The notes beneath the pieces were generated by a model. That model was not told where the DNA came from and did not search any database. It was given only the letters and a program-made list of their open reading frames with translations. A stretch of 64,000 nucleotides of DNA from Octopus bimaculoides (taxonomy: Eukaryota), in assembly GCF_001194135.2 (NCBI RefSeq), contig NC_068998.1:50972717-51036716 (forward strand). Reading direction: 5' to 3'. Numbering within the stretch: position 1 is the first letter of the stretch; each line of letters opens with the position of its first letter. Position numbers and translations under genes: made by a program. Below are positions 29,655 to 41,900 of the stretch, piece by piece.

Positions 29655-29907
29655 AGTAAAGATTGTTTGCCAACAAAACATGGCAGTCCTGGTTTAGGAC
29701 GAATGTTGCTGTAATTTAGCCCTAGCTGGCTATACGACACGACCTGTATCCTTATATTTTCGAACAAGGGAATCTTGGAAACAAGGGAATATAAGGACAC
29801 AGATCGTGTCGTATAGCCAGCTGGAGACGATGTCTCCTGGGTATAAATTACAGCAACATTCGTCCTAAACTAGGACTGCCATGTCATGTTGGCAAACAAT
29901 CTTTACT
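29655..29907. repeat. Fold-back inverted repeat (about 250 bp)
   Basis: 29655-29718 is the near reverse complement of 29845-29907, and 29724-29760 of 29786-29822. Confidence 0.9.
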
Positions 29908-30875
29908 CCAAAGTACTGTTGCTGAATATCTCTCGTTGTGAGATTTAAAAATAGTAATTTTCTAACTGCTATTTTATGTTACTGAATGTCTTTAGCGGAG
30001 TCCATTCCGTTGCTAACTTTCCATCTAGTCTTCTCAATTTTCTGTCTCGCTTTGTCTCTCTTTGTCTCTCTTTGTCTCTCTTTGTCTCTCTTTGTCTCTC
30101 TTTGTCTCTCTTTGTCTCTCTCTCTCTCTCTCTCTGTATATATATATATATATATATATGAACGATAATGTAAGGAACGAAAAATTCACACACAAGACAT
30201 CGTCGGTTATTGTCCAAAACACCGTTTAACTATGATATTGTTAATGTTTGATGGCGCCATCAGCAAGAAGCTGGTGGGAATAAGGGCCGAATGTTAAGGG
30301 CAGTAACGAAAACAAACACGAGACAGGTTGTGGATGCGAATGCAAATGTAAATATCGAAACAAAATAAATACCAAATATATAAAATATACAGAATTCGCT
30401 GGACTGTCAGGCTGCTGTAGTAAAAGACACTTGCCCGATGTTCTGCGCTGTGGGACTGAACCCAAAGCACTCACTCACACATGTGAATTCCTTTCAATAT
30501 TGCAAGGTGAAAAGACAAAAAACAAAAACTAAAAAAAAAAAACATTGATTCAGTCGAGAATCTATTTTTACAACAATCATTCTCTTCAATCCTGATAAGA
30601 ATAATACATAAAATAAAAAAAATAATAATAAAATAGTAAAAACAAAAATTAAAAGGAAAAAACAACAGCAACAACAACATAATGTTCGCCGTTAACTGCT
30701 TGTTTTGTGAACCGGAAACGGAAGTAAAAAGAAAAATAACTTCACCGATTACACAATAGAGACATTAAGAAAACAATCTCACTTTCTTTTCTGACCATCT
30801 GGGTAAATATAACGGGTGGAATACAATAAGAAGTTGTTAATTACAGACATGGACTCAGTTAATCCTTGTAGCAAC

Positions 30876-30907
<32 letters not shown>

Positions 30908-31982
30908 CAGTAGTAGTAGTTGTTGTTGTGGTGGTGGTGGTGGTAGTTTGATTGTTATTGCTTTTATTCTTAGGACTCTTGTTGCGTTTTGTTGTTGCCG
31001 TTCTTGTTATTTTTTGTTGTTGTTGTTGCTGTTGCAGTTGTGGCGGCAGTTGTAGTGCTGTGGTCATTGTGGTCGCTGTTGTACTTGCCGCAGTTGTTGC
31101 TGTTGTTGTTGTTGTTGTTGTGGCTTTTGCTGTTGCACGTAATATTATTGGGCGCGCTGGCAGAATCGGTAACACGCCGGATAAAATGCTTGGCAGTATT
31201 TCTTCCGGGTTTAGCTTCTGCGTTCAAATTCTGCAGAGTTCGACTTTGCCTTTCATCCTTTCAGGGGTTGATAAAATAAGTGCCAGTTGAACAATGAGGT
31301 CGATAAAATCAACTTCCCCCCTCCCCACGAAATTTCTGGCCTGGTACCAAAATTTGAAATCATCATCATCATCATTATCATCATCATCATCATCTCCATC
31401 ATCATCATTGAATGAGAGTGGAGCGCATGCCGTCAAAGTGACACCGAGGTACAGATCTACGAAGCCCCATATACCCGTCATGACTACCCGTCTGAAAAGG
31501 CTACACCAGGCAAAGACACACACAAAGACACACACATAGATGCATACATGTATATAAACATATATGACAGGCTTCTTTCGGTTTCCGTCTATCAAAACTG
31601 ATACAAATAAAATATGAAAGACAAATATTGATCTACTGAGTCAGGTTTGAGCCGGAAATCAATATCCTCAACAGCAACAACAACAACTGGACCAATGGTA
31701 ATTACAGCAGTAGGATGCTTCCATACTTAACATTGTCGTATTGTCATTCAAGTATACTGAAAGCCTTGCACATTCTTATTTCTACAATGTGCTTGTAAAT
31801 TATTCATTATCATTGATCAGAAGTACATACTGGCAGACTTTATAGTATGTGCGTGTGTCGGTGCGTGTGTAAATGTATGATGCGCATGCGACGCCTGTGT
31901 GTATTTATGTATATGTGTATGTATGTACATAACACATATGTATTATGTGTAATATATGTATATAATTATATGCATGTGCGTG

Positions 31983-32063
<81 letters not shown>

Positions 32064-32819
32064 CGCTATTAGGTGTACATGTTTATATGTGTGCGTATAT
32101 ATAGAGATAGATAGATAGATAGATAATTATGTAACAATATCTGTCTATCTATCCCTATATTTTCCTATATATGTATGTATCTGTCGATTTATACCATATT
32201 AATGTATGGTATATATGCCCACGCGCGTGTGATTGTGTGTACAACAAAGATAATATCTCTATGTCACGACAGGCAAAAGCAACTTGCATTTCAGGGTAAG
32301 AATCGCTCTGAAGTGACTCACAAACTTTAAGGCTTTTCACGCTCATTCAATTGAAATACTTGACTCAGCGTTTACTATCAGCCATTCAACTCTTTGTATG
32401 CGCGTGCAGGACACACAATTACATAATACATACTTACGTGCACACATACATACATATACACGCAAGCATACACATAATACATACAAACTCATGCGCTTAT
32501 ATATATATANNNNNNNNNNNNNNNNNNNNNNNNNNNNNNNNNNNNNNNNNNNNNNNNNTATTATATACAGGCGTGGGGTGCTTCCCAACCAAGTGGTTTC
32601 GGGTAGTTTATATGGAAGCAATTATTCAGCCCAAATAAAAGACCTTGTACGCTTATTTTTCTCTCGCAAATCAAGTGATATTTTTCCAACACCTCCGGTG
32701 GTCTTTATAGAGACGATACACTTTTCGGAAATAAAAATTTATCCCGTCCGGAGACTAAACGCATTACGAAATCTTTGAAGAAATTCTAATTAGAATTAAA
32801 AGAAATTATAAGTTAAATA

Positions 32820-33480
32820 TTGTATTATAAATGGATAATAAAGTAACCAACTTCTTGGATGTCGCACTTAACCTTAATACTAATCTTCACTACCCATATA
32901 GGAAATCCACCCAAAGCCTTCACTACGAAAATACTTTCTTTAATCATCCTAAATCCACACTTAATAGCATGGTGAGGGTCATTTATAACAACACTAGCCA
33001 CATACTCACACGAACTTAAGCTAAAGAATATACAATATTCATTATCTTGGTCTATGATAGCAGAAGCCCCTTCAAATAACACAATTACGCGTGTATGTAA
33101 ATTATGTATTAAAGAACCTATTAACATTCTCTCTCGTTATAACTCTACATAACTGAATAAATTCTCTGCATACATTAATCATTAAACTCTATAATTAGCT
33201 ACATTCCACCTAATATGTATACTCACACCTCCCTTCACCTTCCTCTCAATGAATAATTGCTTCCTTATAATGTACCATATTTTCTAAATTTACTTCTCAC
33301 AATTTTTGCTATAATATTTCCTCTTCAAACTAACATTAATATCTCTTTATAAAACCAAACGTCCATTTACTCATTATGGCAGTATATGAGATGTGAATCC
33401 GTAACTAATACATCCTCCCTGATGAAACGGCTATCGGAGTATCACCACTTAAGTCTTGAAATTGGAGTACCAGCATCTAA
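32820..33480 (+). mobile_element. Penelope-like element relic (RT thumb region and 3' terminal region)
   Basis: NFLDVALNLNTNLHYPYRKS...NHPK matches the PLE RT motif NFLDVxLxLxxxxYxPYRKxxxxxxYxxxxSNHP; CTGATGA...GAAA at 33419-33461. Confidence 0.75.
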
Positions 33481-33979
33481 TCATTGGAAACTTTATCTTC
33501 CATCTGGATGCCTTAACATTTCTTTATTCACCTTTTCGCGAGGTTTTACACTTTTATTTTTTGATAATTTTTAAAATACATTTTGAAAATAACTTCTTAA
33601 TAACTCTGTTAGTTTGTAAGTAAGACGATGTCTTCAATATATACTTTTTAAGATGTTAATATATTTCTATACATCAGTATAGTTTTTCTACCCATATATG
33701 TTTATTATATTTTTATATATTTATGTATCTGTACATTTTTTATATATTTAATATTTTAATGCATGATACAAGGCAGCGAGCTGGCAGAAACGTTAGCAGT
33801 CCGGGCGAATTTCTTAGTTGTTTTTCGTCTGCGTTTCATTCTGAGTTCAATTTCCGCCGAGGTCGACTTCCCCTTTCGGGATTTCCATTTGAACTTTTTG
33901 AAAATCGGTGTAAATCGTTAGCTATATTAATAAAAAAATATTGTAACTATTCTCAGTGCATTTTCAACTTCTATTTTTC

Positions 33980-34042
<63 letters not shown>

Positions 34043-34299
34043 CGTGGTGGCATGAGTTCCAGGACTAGCTTTGTAGCGCACCAACAAATGGCAGCACTCA
34101 GTTGCGTGTGCAACCAATGCAAGCAGTAACCTTCATGAGGCAGTGTGCCGAGTGACATTACGGTGTGTATTTCCCAAGTTGGGAAATTTATGTTTTTGAG
34201 ATCACGTGTATGCTGTTGTCAGCGATTTCGTCATGGACAGCTAGCTTACAGGGACATAAACCCACTAACACCGGTTGTTAAGAGTTGGGGGAGGAGAAA

Positions 34300-34790
34300 C
34301 ACAGTGACACACGCACACACAGGCACAAGCACATACCAACACACATCAACACACAAAAACACACACAAACACACACACAAGGACACGCACACAGACACAC
34401 ACGCACAAGGACACACGCACACACAGACAGGCACACACACACATACATACACGAGAACAACTATAAACACATACACACACGCATACACACAAATGCACAA
34501 CTACACGCAGACAGATAGACACACACACAGACACACACACACACAAACTCACTCATACACATGCACACAGATACACACGCACAGATACAAACACACACAC
34601 ACAAATGCACACGCGAGCACAACTATAAGCACATACACACAAAAACTCATATACGCACACAAGCACACACAGACATACGCACAGCTACAAACACAAACAC
34701 ACACACGTGCGCACTACTACGATCACATACGCAAATACACAGGGATGCACGTCTTCACATTAACACACGCACACACACAAACTAGCAAGC
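34300..34790. repeat. Degenerate (CA)n-rich low-complexity tract
   Basis: Direct reading. Confidence 0.9.
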
Positions 34791-37059
34791 ACGTTTAGAG
34801 TTGCTTCCCTTGAACACACAGCTCGAATGTGTTCAGTCACATTTCTAACATCTCGTAATTATTACATCCAATCTTCTTTCACCGATTTCTGAAGCTAAAA
34901 AATTTATAGATAATCAAACGTGGTATGTTTTAATTAGTTTTTCCTTATTACAAAGGCAATAGACGTTTTAAATAATTACGACACCGAAAAGGGATATTTT
35001 CCTGCAGTAATTTAACAATTTAGATCGCATGAGTTACCTCTCCTTAACCTTCAGTTTTCTTACACAATAAATATTTATGTACCATTTAGGAACGTTTTAA
35101 AAGGTATTTATAATAACATTTACCGCTGTAGACTCAATATTTGAACAACCAGCATAAAAATCCTTAATTCTGTGTATATTTTAATCATTTAATTAATTAA
35201 TATATCCAAAAACAAATGTACATTTAAAACAAGATTCAATGTATGTATGTATGTATGTATGTATGTATGTATGTATGTATGTATGTATGTATGTGTGTGT
35301 GTATGTATGTATTTCAAGGGATAGTAAGTTCAAAAGAAGCCATGTCCCGCGAAGGTTAACTGTCTCAGAAACGGTAGCAAGGCAGTAATTGATGGCAATT
35401 TTATCGAATGTCCTTTTGTAATATGCATGTAAGAAATATGCATTAAATACTATAAAAATATATTGGTTTTTCTTATATATTTGTTTCCCTTAAATGAAAT
35501 TTCTCTTCTCAAATAGCTGACACACCCTGTACAGATGCACTTAACATATATAAACAGAGAATGCGAGCGATATCCCGCTGCGCAGTTCTTTATTTACTGA
35601 AAATAAACCGACTTCAATGCCACCATCTTATATAAACTGTCTGCTTCCGAAAAGTGTTGATGTTACTGGCGTTGGTGGTTTGGTGATGTTGCTGTTGTTA
35701 TTGTTAGCGTTCGTGGCAGTTGCACTGTTATTGTTGTTAGTGGTGGTTTTCTTGACACTGTTTGTGTTGATGTAGGTGGCATTAGTGTTGCTGGTGCTGA
35801 GGTTAGTGTTGTTGTTGTTGGTGGTGCAGTTAATATTAATGCATCAATGATATTGTCAATGGTGTTGGTGTTGGTGTTGGAGGCATCGTAATGGCTGCTA
35901 TAGGTGTTGTTGATGTTGGTGTGGTAGTCCTCGCGTTAATGTTGTTGTTGATGTTGGCGATAAGCAACGTTCTGTATGTTATAGGTGCAGTTCATGTTTC
36001 GCTATCGATGTCGGTGGCGTTCGGGGTAAGTGCTGTGGGACGTGGAACGGCTGTTGTCCTTTGTGGTGATGAGTTGGCAGTGTTTGTGGTAGTGATAGTG
36101 GTGCTGTTGCAGTTGTTGGGGGTGGCGTTCCTTGTCATCATAATCGTCGTCGTCGTCGTCATCGTCATCATCATCATCCTCTTCGTCGTCGTTATAATCA
36201 TCGTCAGCATTACCGTCTCGAGTCCGAAGACTCACAGATCCGATCACTCGGTTTTCATGGCGTACAAGTGACCAAAATAACAGCACCACACCACCTCCAC
36301 TGTCCTTGAGCAGGACACCTGTCCGTCCCAGGGTTGTGCATTTAAAGCTGAGCGAATTGGAACAACGTGAAATGAAGATATTTTGAACGAAAGTACCACG
36401 CACCGCCCGATCCAGAAATCGAAACCATACTTTTGAGATCGTCAGTATAACCCCTTTACCACTAGGCCAACATACACACTCGCAGACACACACATACACA
36501 CGCACACATACATATATACAGACGTGCACACATACACATGCACGATGGCTTCCTTCATTTCCCGCGTACCAAATCCATTCGCAAAGTTTTGGTCGGCCTA
36601 GGGCCAATACAGAAGACGCTTGGCCAAAGCACCGAACAGTGGTACTGAACCTAAGACCATATGTTTGGGAAGCAAGCTTCTAACCCAAGCAGCTATACGC
36701 ACACTTCTGGCGATAAACCATATGTTAATAATTGATGATGGATGCGAGAATAAATAAACTGGGCAAAGGAAATGGAAACACAAAAGGCTGAATGAGTGCG
36801 GAGAAAGAGAGAGAATAGGATGCTTTGACTGAAGTATAAAAGATAAGATAGGAAGGTATTTATGCGTTCAATTTTTCTCTTCTCCACCTTTGTACTTCAA
36901 CATCATGTCAGTCTAATCTCGGTTTGTTATCTCTTGACTCAGGTAACCAATATCCTGTTACATACAACTGTTAGACTTGATTTATTGTCTGTATAGAAAC
37001 ATGAGGCTGTTTAAAATTAACTTCCGATTCCTCATATCTACATTTATAATCTTACTCAC

Positions 37060-37182
<123 letters not shown>

Positions 37183-37299
37183 CATCATCCATACACCCAC
37201 ACATTACAGACGCACACACTTACACAGTTACACATCAACACGTCATCAGCCCCTGTCCACAAGCACACACCTACACACTCTCACATACATACGCACGCG

Positions 37300-37540
37300 C
37301 ACCTTCATTTTGGGATCAGTAATAGTTTATTAACCCCCCCTTCTTCCTAGCTCTCATGCCTAACTGCCTTTGTCCAGCCAGCCGCCATGACTGACCGCTA
37401 GCTCCTAAAGTTTTTTTCATTCTCCCTCTGTTTGTTTCATCGTGCTCCTTCCTGTTGAAGAGCGTAGGCTCGAAACGTAAAAGACTTTCTCACCTTCCCG
37501 GGCATCAGACTAATACACCTGTTTGTTGTTTATACCCCTA
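37300..37540 (+). mobile_element. Probable PLE terminal repeat with hammerhead-like motif
   Basis: CTGTTGAAGAGCGTAGGCTCGAAACGTA at about 37452-37479: GAGC/GCTC stem, GAAA, palindromic ACGT. Confidence 0.5.
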
Positions 37541-38280
37541 TTACCAATCATTGAGAGGGAATGTGAAAAAGATTCAGTAATTCACTGAGAAAGTGTGGTG
37601 TGTTAGTCTTGAAGAGAGGATTACAGTAAAGCTGATACCGGCTTTGAACCTAACTTGACTGTGTAATTAAGAAGAAATTTCTTTCGGAAGTGGGCGATCC
37701 AGTTTCGATCCTACTACTCTGTGAATCATCAGTTTCACTAATCTCTTGGAGTCTGATGTGTGGAAAATATTCTGAGGTCTCTAATGTTAGCAGCTAAAGA
37801 CGCGCTCAGTCACTGGAGTGGTTCTATGACCCATCATCGGCTGCCAAAGTCAGCAACACTGAAACCAACAATACCCACTGCTGAAGAAAAACAAAGTTAA
37901 CCGCTGCCTGGAATACAAATCATAGCAAAACAAAACGAAAAGCACAAACACAGGCACAAATATTTCTACGTATCTGAATGTAACTATATATGTGTGAACT
38001 TTCACTAAATGGAAACATATCCTCACACTAGACAGATACACAGATGTACATCATAAGTTTTCAACATACATGATTTTGGTATCGAGGTTTTACAATAAAC
38101 ACTCAACTCATACATAAAGAATTGCAAAATACAAATTGAAAACATTTTCCTAATCACCCAATTTGCTTTAACATTTCAAATAAATCACTAACACCATTTT
38201 CATTACCATCCAAACCATTAAATATGAGACAGTAAAATATTATCTAACATCTCCTATATCAAATACGAATATAGTTGGAG

Positions 38281-38350
38281 TGAAGAGAAACAGCTGTTAC
38301 ATCATATCTAAATATAAAACACACGGAAACGTGGAAATTACCCAGTCATG
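38281..38350 (+). promoter_or_regulatory. Gene A core promoter: E-box CAGCTG (38291) and TATAAAA (38313)
   Basis: Motifs and 16-nt spacer conserved in all three paralogues; CAGTCA initiator-like sequence about 30 nt after TATA. Confidence 0.7.
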
Positions 38351-38380
38351 ATTGGGTGTCGATGTATAGGAAAGTTCACG

Positions 38381-38417
38381 ATGAAATATTTTCTATGCAT
38401 TTGTCTTCTCATTGTCG
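38381..38417 (+). CDS. Gene A coding exon 1 (signal peptide N/H region, MKYFLCICLLIV)
   Basis: ATG at 38381; phase-1 donor G|GTAAGT at 38418, conserved in all three copies. Confidence 0.8.
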
Positions 38418-38846
38418 GTAAGTAGCTAAAAGACAAATGTTTTTCTTCTTCATAAACCTTCACATTAATCTCTGCATATCAATTAATCTAACACCCCCAC
38501 CATATGTATGTATATATATATATATATNNNNNNNNNNNNNNNNNNNNNNNNNNNNNNNNNNNNNNNNNNNNNNNNNNNNNNNNNNNNNNNNNNNNNNNNN
38601 NNNNNNNNNNNNNNNNNNNNNNNNNNNNNNNNNNNNNNNNNNNNNNNNNNNNNNNNNNNNNNNNNNNNNNNNNNNNNNNNNNNNNNNNNNNNNNNNNNNN
38701 NNNNNNNNNNNNNNNNNNNNNNNNNNNNNNNNNNNNNNNNNNNNNNNNNNNNNNNNNNNNNNNNNNNNNNNNNNNNNNNNNNNNNNNNNNNNNNNNNNNN
38801 NNNNNNNNNNNNNNNNNNNNNNNNNNNNNNNNNNNNNNNNNNNNNN

Positions 38847-38934
<88 letters not shown>

Positions 38935-41900
38935 TCTGTTATTGGTGACAAAGGCCGAACAGAAAATAAATAGGGACAATAAATTATAAGGGACAAGTGG
39001 GGCGCTGAATAATGCCGTGTATACAATAAGTAACACAAGACAATAAGTAACAAAACAAATAAAGACAATTTAACAATAAAAATTCCCCCAAAGGTGGCAG
39101 TTCCTCACAGGGACAACTGCAGAATCCCACAGGAGCTGGTTATTCCGACTGTCAGGTGCACCTCAGAAATAATAATTATAATCGAGTGAACAGCATTGAG
39201 AGACCTGTAGGAAAATGAGCAACCAAGAAAAAAAAAAGTAATGTTTTGTTGTTCTCGTTAGTCCCTGCAACGACGATATTCGTCTCGTTCCGATACATAT
39301 ATTGTATTTTCTAAAAGTGAGTATACATTTAGTATGATACACAGATGTCGATTCCCAAAATAAATTTACTGATTTTTCCTTCGTTATTATTATTCTCAGT
39401 CATATTTGTTTTTTTAAATAAACCCCTTTTACTCTTCTCTTTCTTGTTTCAGTCGTTGGGTTACAGACATGTTGGAGCTTCAACTCACTGAGTAAGCAGA
39501 TAATAACAATCCGCACTCTTTACTCTAAAGTGTGGTATCTTTTTATCGGATTCTATATATCGAACTGTACAGTCACGTAACATAAACAAAAGCCATATGT
39601 TTTTTAAAGAGTAACCTAGACACCATTACCACAGAACACAGCAGTAAAGCCACATATATTACACACACACACACACACACATACACACACACACATATAC
39701 ACATGATATACACACATACATTTAGATCGNNNNNNNNNNNNNNNNNNNNNNNNNNNNNNNNNNNNNNNNNNNNNNNNNNNNNNNNNNNNNNNNNNNNNNN
39801 NNNNNNNNNNNNNNNNNNNNNNNNNNNNNNNNNNNNNNNNNNNNNNNNNNNNNNNNNNNNNNNNNTATATATGCATTTGCCTATCTGAATGTTTAAGACA
39901 AATATCTGAAATTTTTATCTCAGTCCAAATTTTATTAATCTTTAACTCATATACGAGCGGAAAAAACAAACAGTTGTACTATATACTGGAGTTTTATCGC
40001 CATTAAAATTCTCGTATATACACACACATATACATGCACACACATGTCTGTAATATACGGTATGGGATGTGTGATATGTTTTAGAGTATTTATAGGATTT
40101 TGTACAAGTTTCATGTGAGTGAAATGTATTTAATATATATTCTATGTTTTTTTATTGCCATATTCCATCCGATGAAGAACTCAATCGTAAACGCCGAGGT
40201 TAGTGATGTTTTCTACTTACACTACACACCATATAGTTTACGGTATACTTTGCATATTTAGATACCGATCGTAAATAGATAGAATTCTCTCGGTATGCAA
40301 CTGTAGTGTAGAATGAAGCACAATACATATTGCAGTATTAATAAGAGAAAAGTTATTTCTATATAGCTGGAATACAAGTACTAATTGAAGATATAATAGG
40401 ATGAAAGTTGTTTATAATAGAAAAATAATCTACAGTATTAATATGGACCCGTTTGTATATTGTTTATATTGCTTTTAATTGTGTTTATTTTTTAAATGCA
40501 ATATGTATGTACATTCAGGTAGAACAATGTCTAGAAATGTGATGTATTCGTATCGAGAGCGAAAATCGATTCCGTATTAAAATTAGTTCACAAGTGGGCT
40601 GAAATCATTGTAAATATTTTAGAAAGTATGTTCGTTATTGCTAGAATAAATAGATGTAGTGTATCTAGATTAACGCCAATCTGCGTTAATCTAGGTATTA
40701 TCAAGGTGTGTTAGGGTTTAATTTAGTCCCACAGCTAGCTATATCTGAGACTGTGGGAGACGCAAATGTGATGTCTTTTAAGCGTGATCTTCCTTGGATA
40801 TTTCATAAAGAAGCTACGTTTTATATATGAATAGTTTTAAAATATTGAGTATGAGATATATGGTTGTTATAATTCATTTCTTATTGAAATCTACTTAGTT
40901 GTAGCAAAGAGGAAAAGTTTTTCCAGTAGACGTTTTACGTGTTTTAAGATAAATAATATATCAACAGATGTTAATACATATAATTAGTCAATAAATTAGA
41001 ATATTTTCGGATGTCAATTATAGTCATAATTGTAGTGAGTCACCATTTTATGACTTCTCCAGAGCCAATGTAAAATGGTTGCTAACATAATATAAGATCT
41101 AGTTTGTAATATCAATATCTCTCTTAAAATATAGAAGCATCTAATTTGGTATTATTAACACGGCAATTGTTGTTTCTATTTTAGACGAGAGGCCAGTCGT
41201 TTTGAGGGGAGGGGGATAGTCAATACTACCGATCCTAGTACATGATGACAACTTTATTTTAACGACTACAGACAAAAGGCAAAGTTGACATCGGCTGAAT
41301 GGTAATTTAGAACATAAAGAGAGAGAACAAACAGAATTTACTTGTTCCATCGCTCTAACAATTCTATCAACCCTCCGCCCCCACCAATAAGACACGTATT
41401 CTGTTGTTTTTAAATCACATCAAGGAACATCAAATAAGTATTAAATTTTAAAATATTGGATTGGTGCATAATTATTGCGGTTTTTTTTTTTTTTAACAAA
41501 TTTTATTCAACAAAAACAATAACAATGTTTAACAAAAAAACATCTTTAAATGACGGTCTGACCTTCTGCCAAGCAAATGGGAAGCAGTAATTGAAGTAGA
41601 TGGTGAATATGCTCCGGAATAATCATTTAAAGATGTTTTTGTTACATGTCGGTATTGTTTTTGTTGAATAAAAAGCCGCAATAATTATGCACCAACCCAA
41701 TAATAATGACATTTGGTTTAAGAAAAATTATCGAAATATAAATAATCATATCTGGGTCAATATATTAAATAATTCATGTATATTTTCGTATTCATATAAT
41801 ATTAAAAAAACAAGGAAATTGTCAGCGGTTTAATAATTAGAAACTGTTAAAGAAAACTAACAAAGCAATCTTCACTCACAACAATTTCTGCTCCACAAAC

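Noticed and set aside
30051-30120. (TTTGTCTCTC)n decamer array
   Set aside because: Simple tandem repeat without spacers; no CRISPR-like array exists in this eukaryotic window.
35340-35532. Possible Tc1-like right end (..CTGACACACCCTGTA)
   Set aside because: No matching left TIR found and only a trace of coding similarity.
40587-40625. Alternative 39-nt phase 1-1 exon candidate for gene A (VHKWAEIIVNILE, donor GTATGT)
   Set aside because: Acceptor AAAATTAG lacks a pyrimidine tract, and it sits in an A-specific insertion; 39453-39491 is the true homologue of B/C exon 2.
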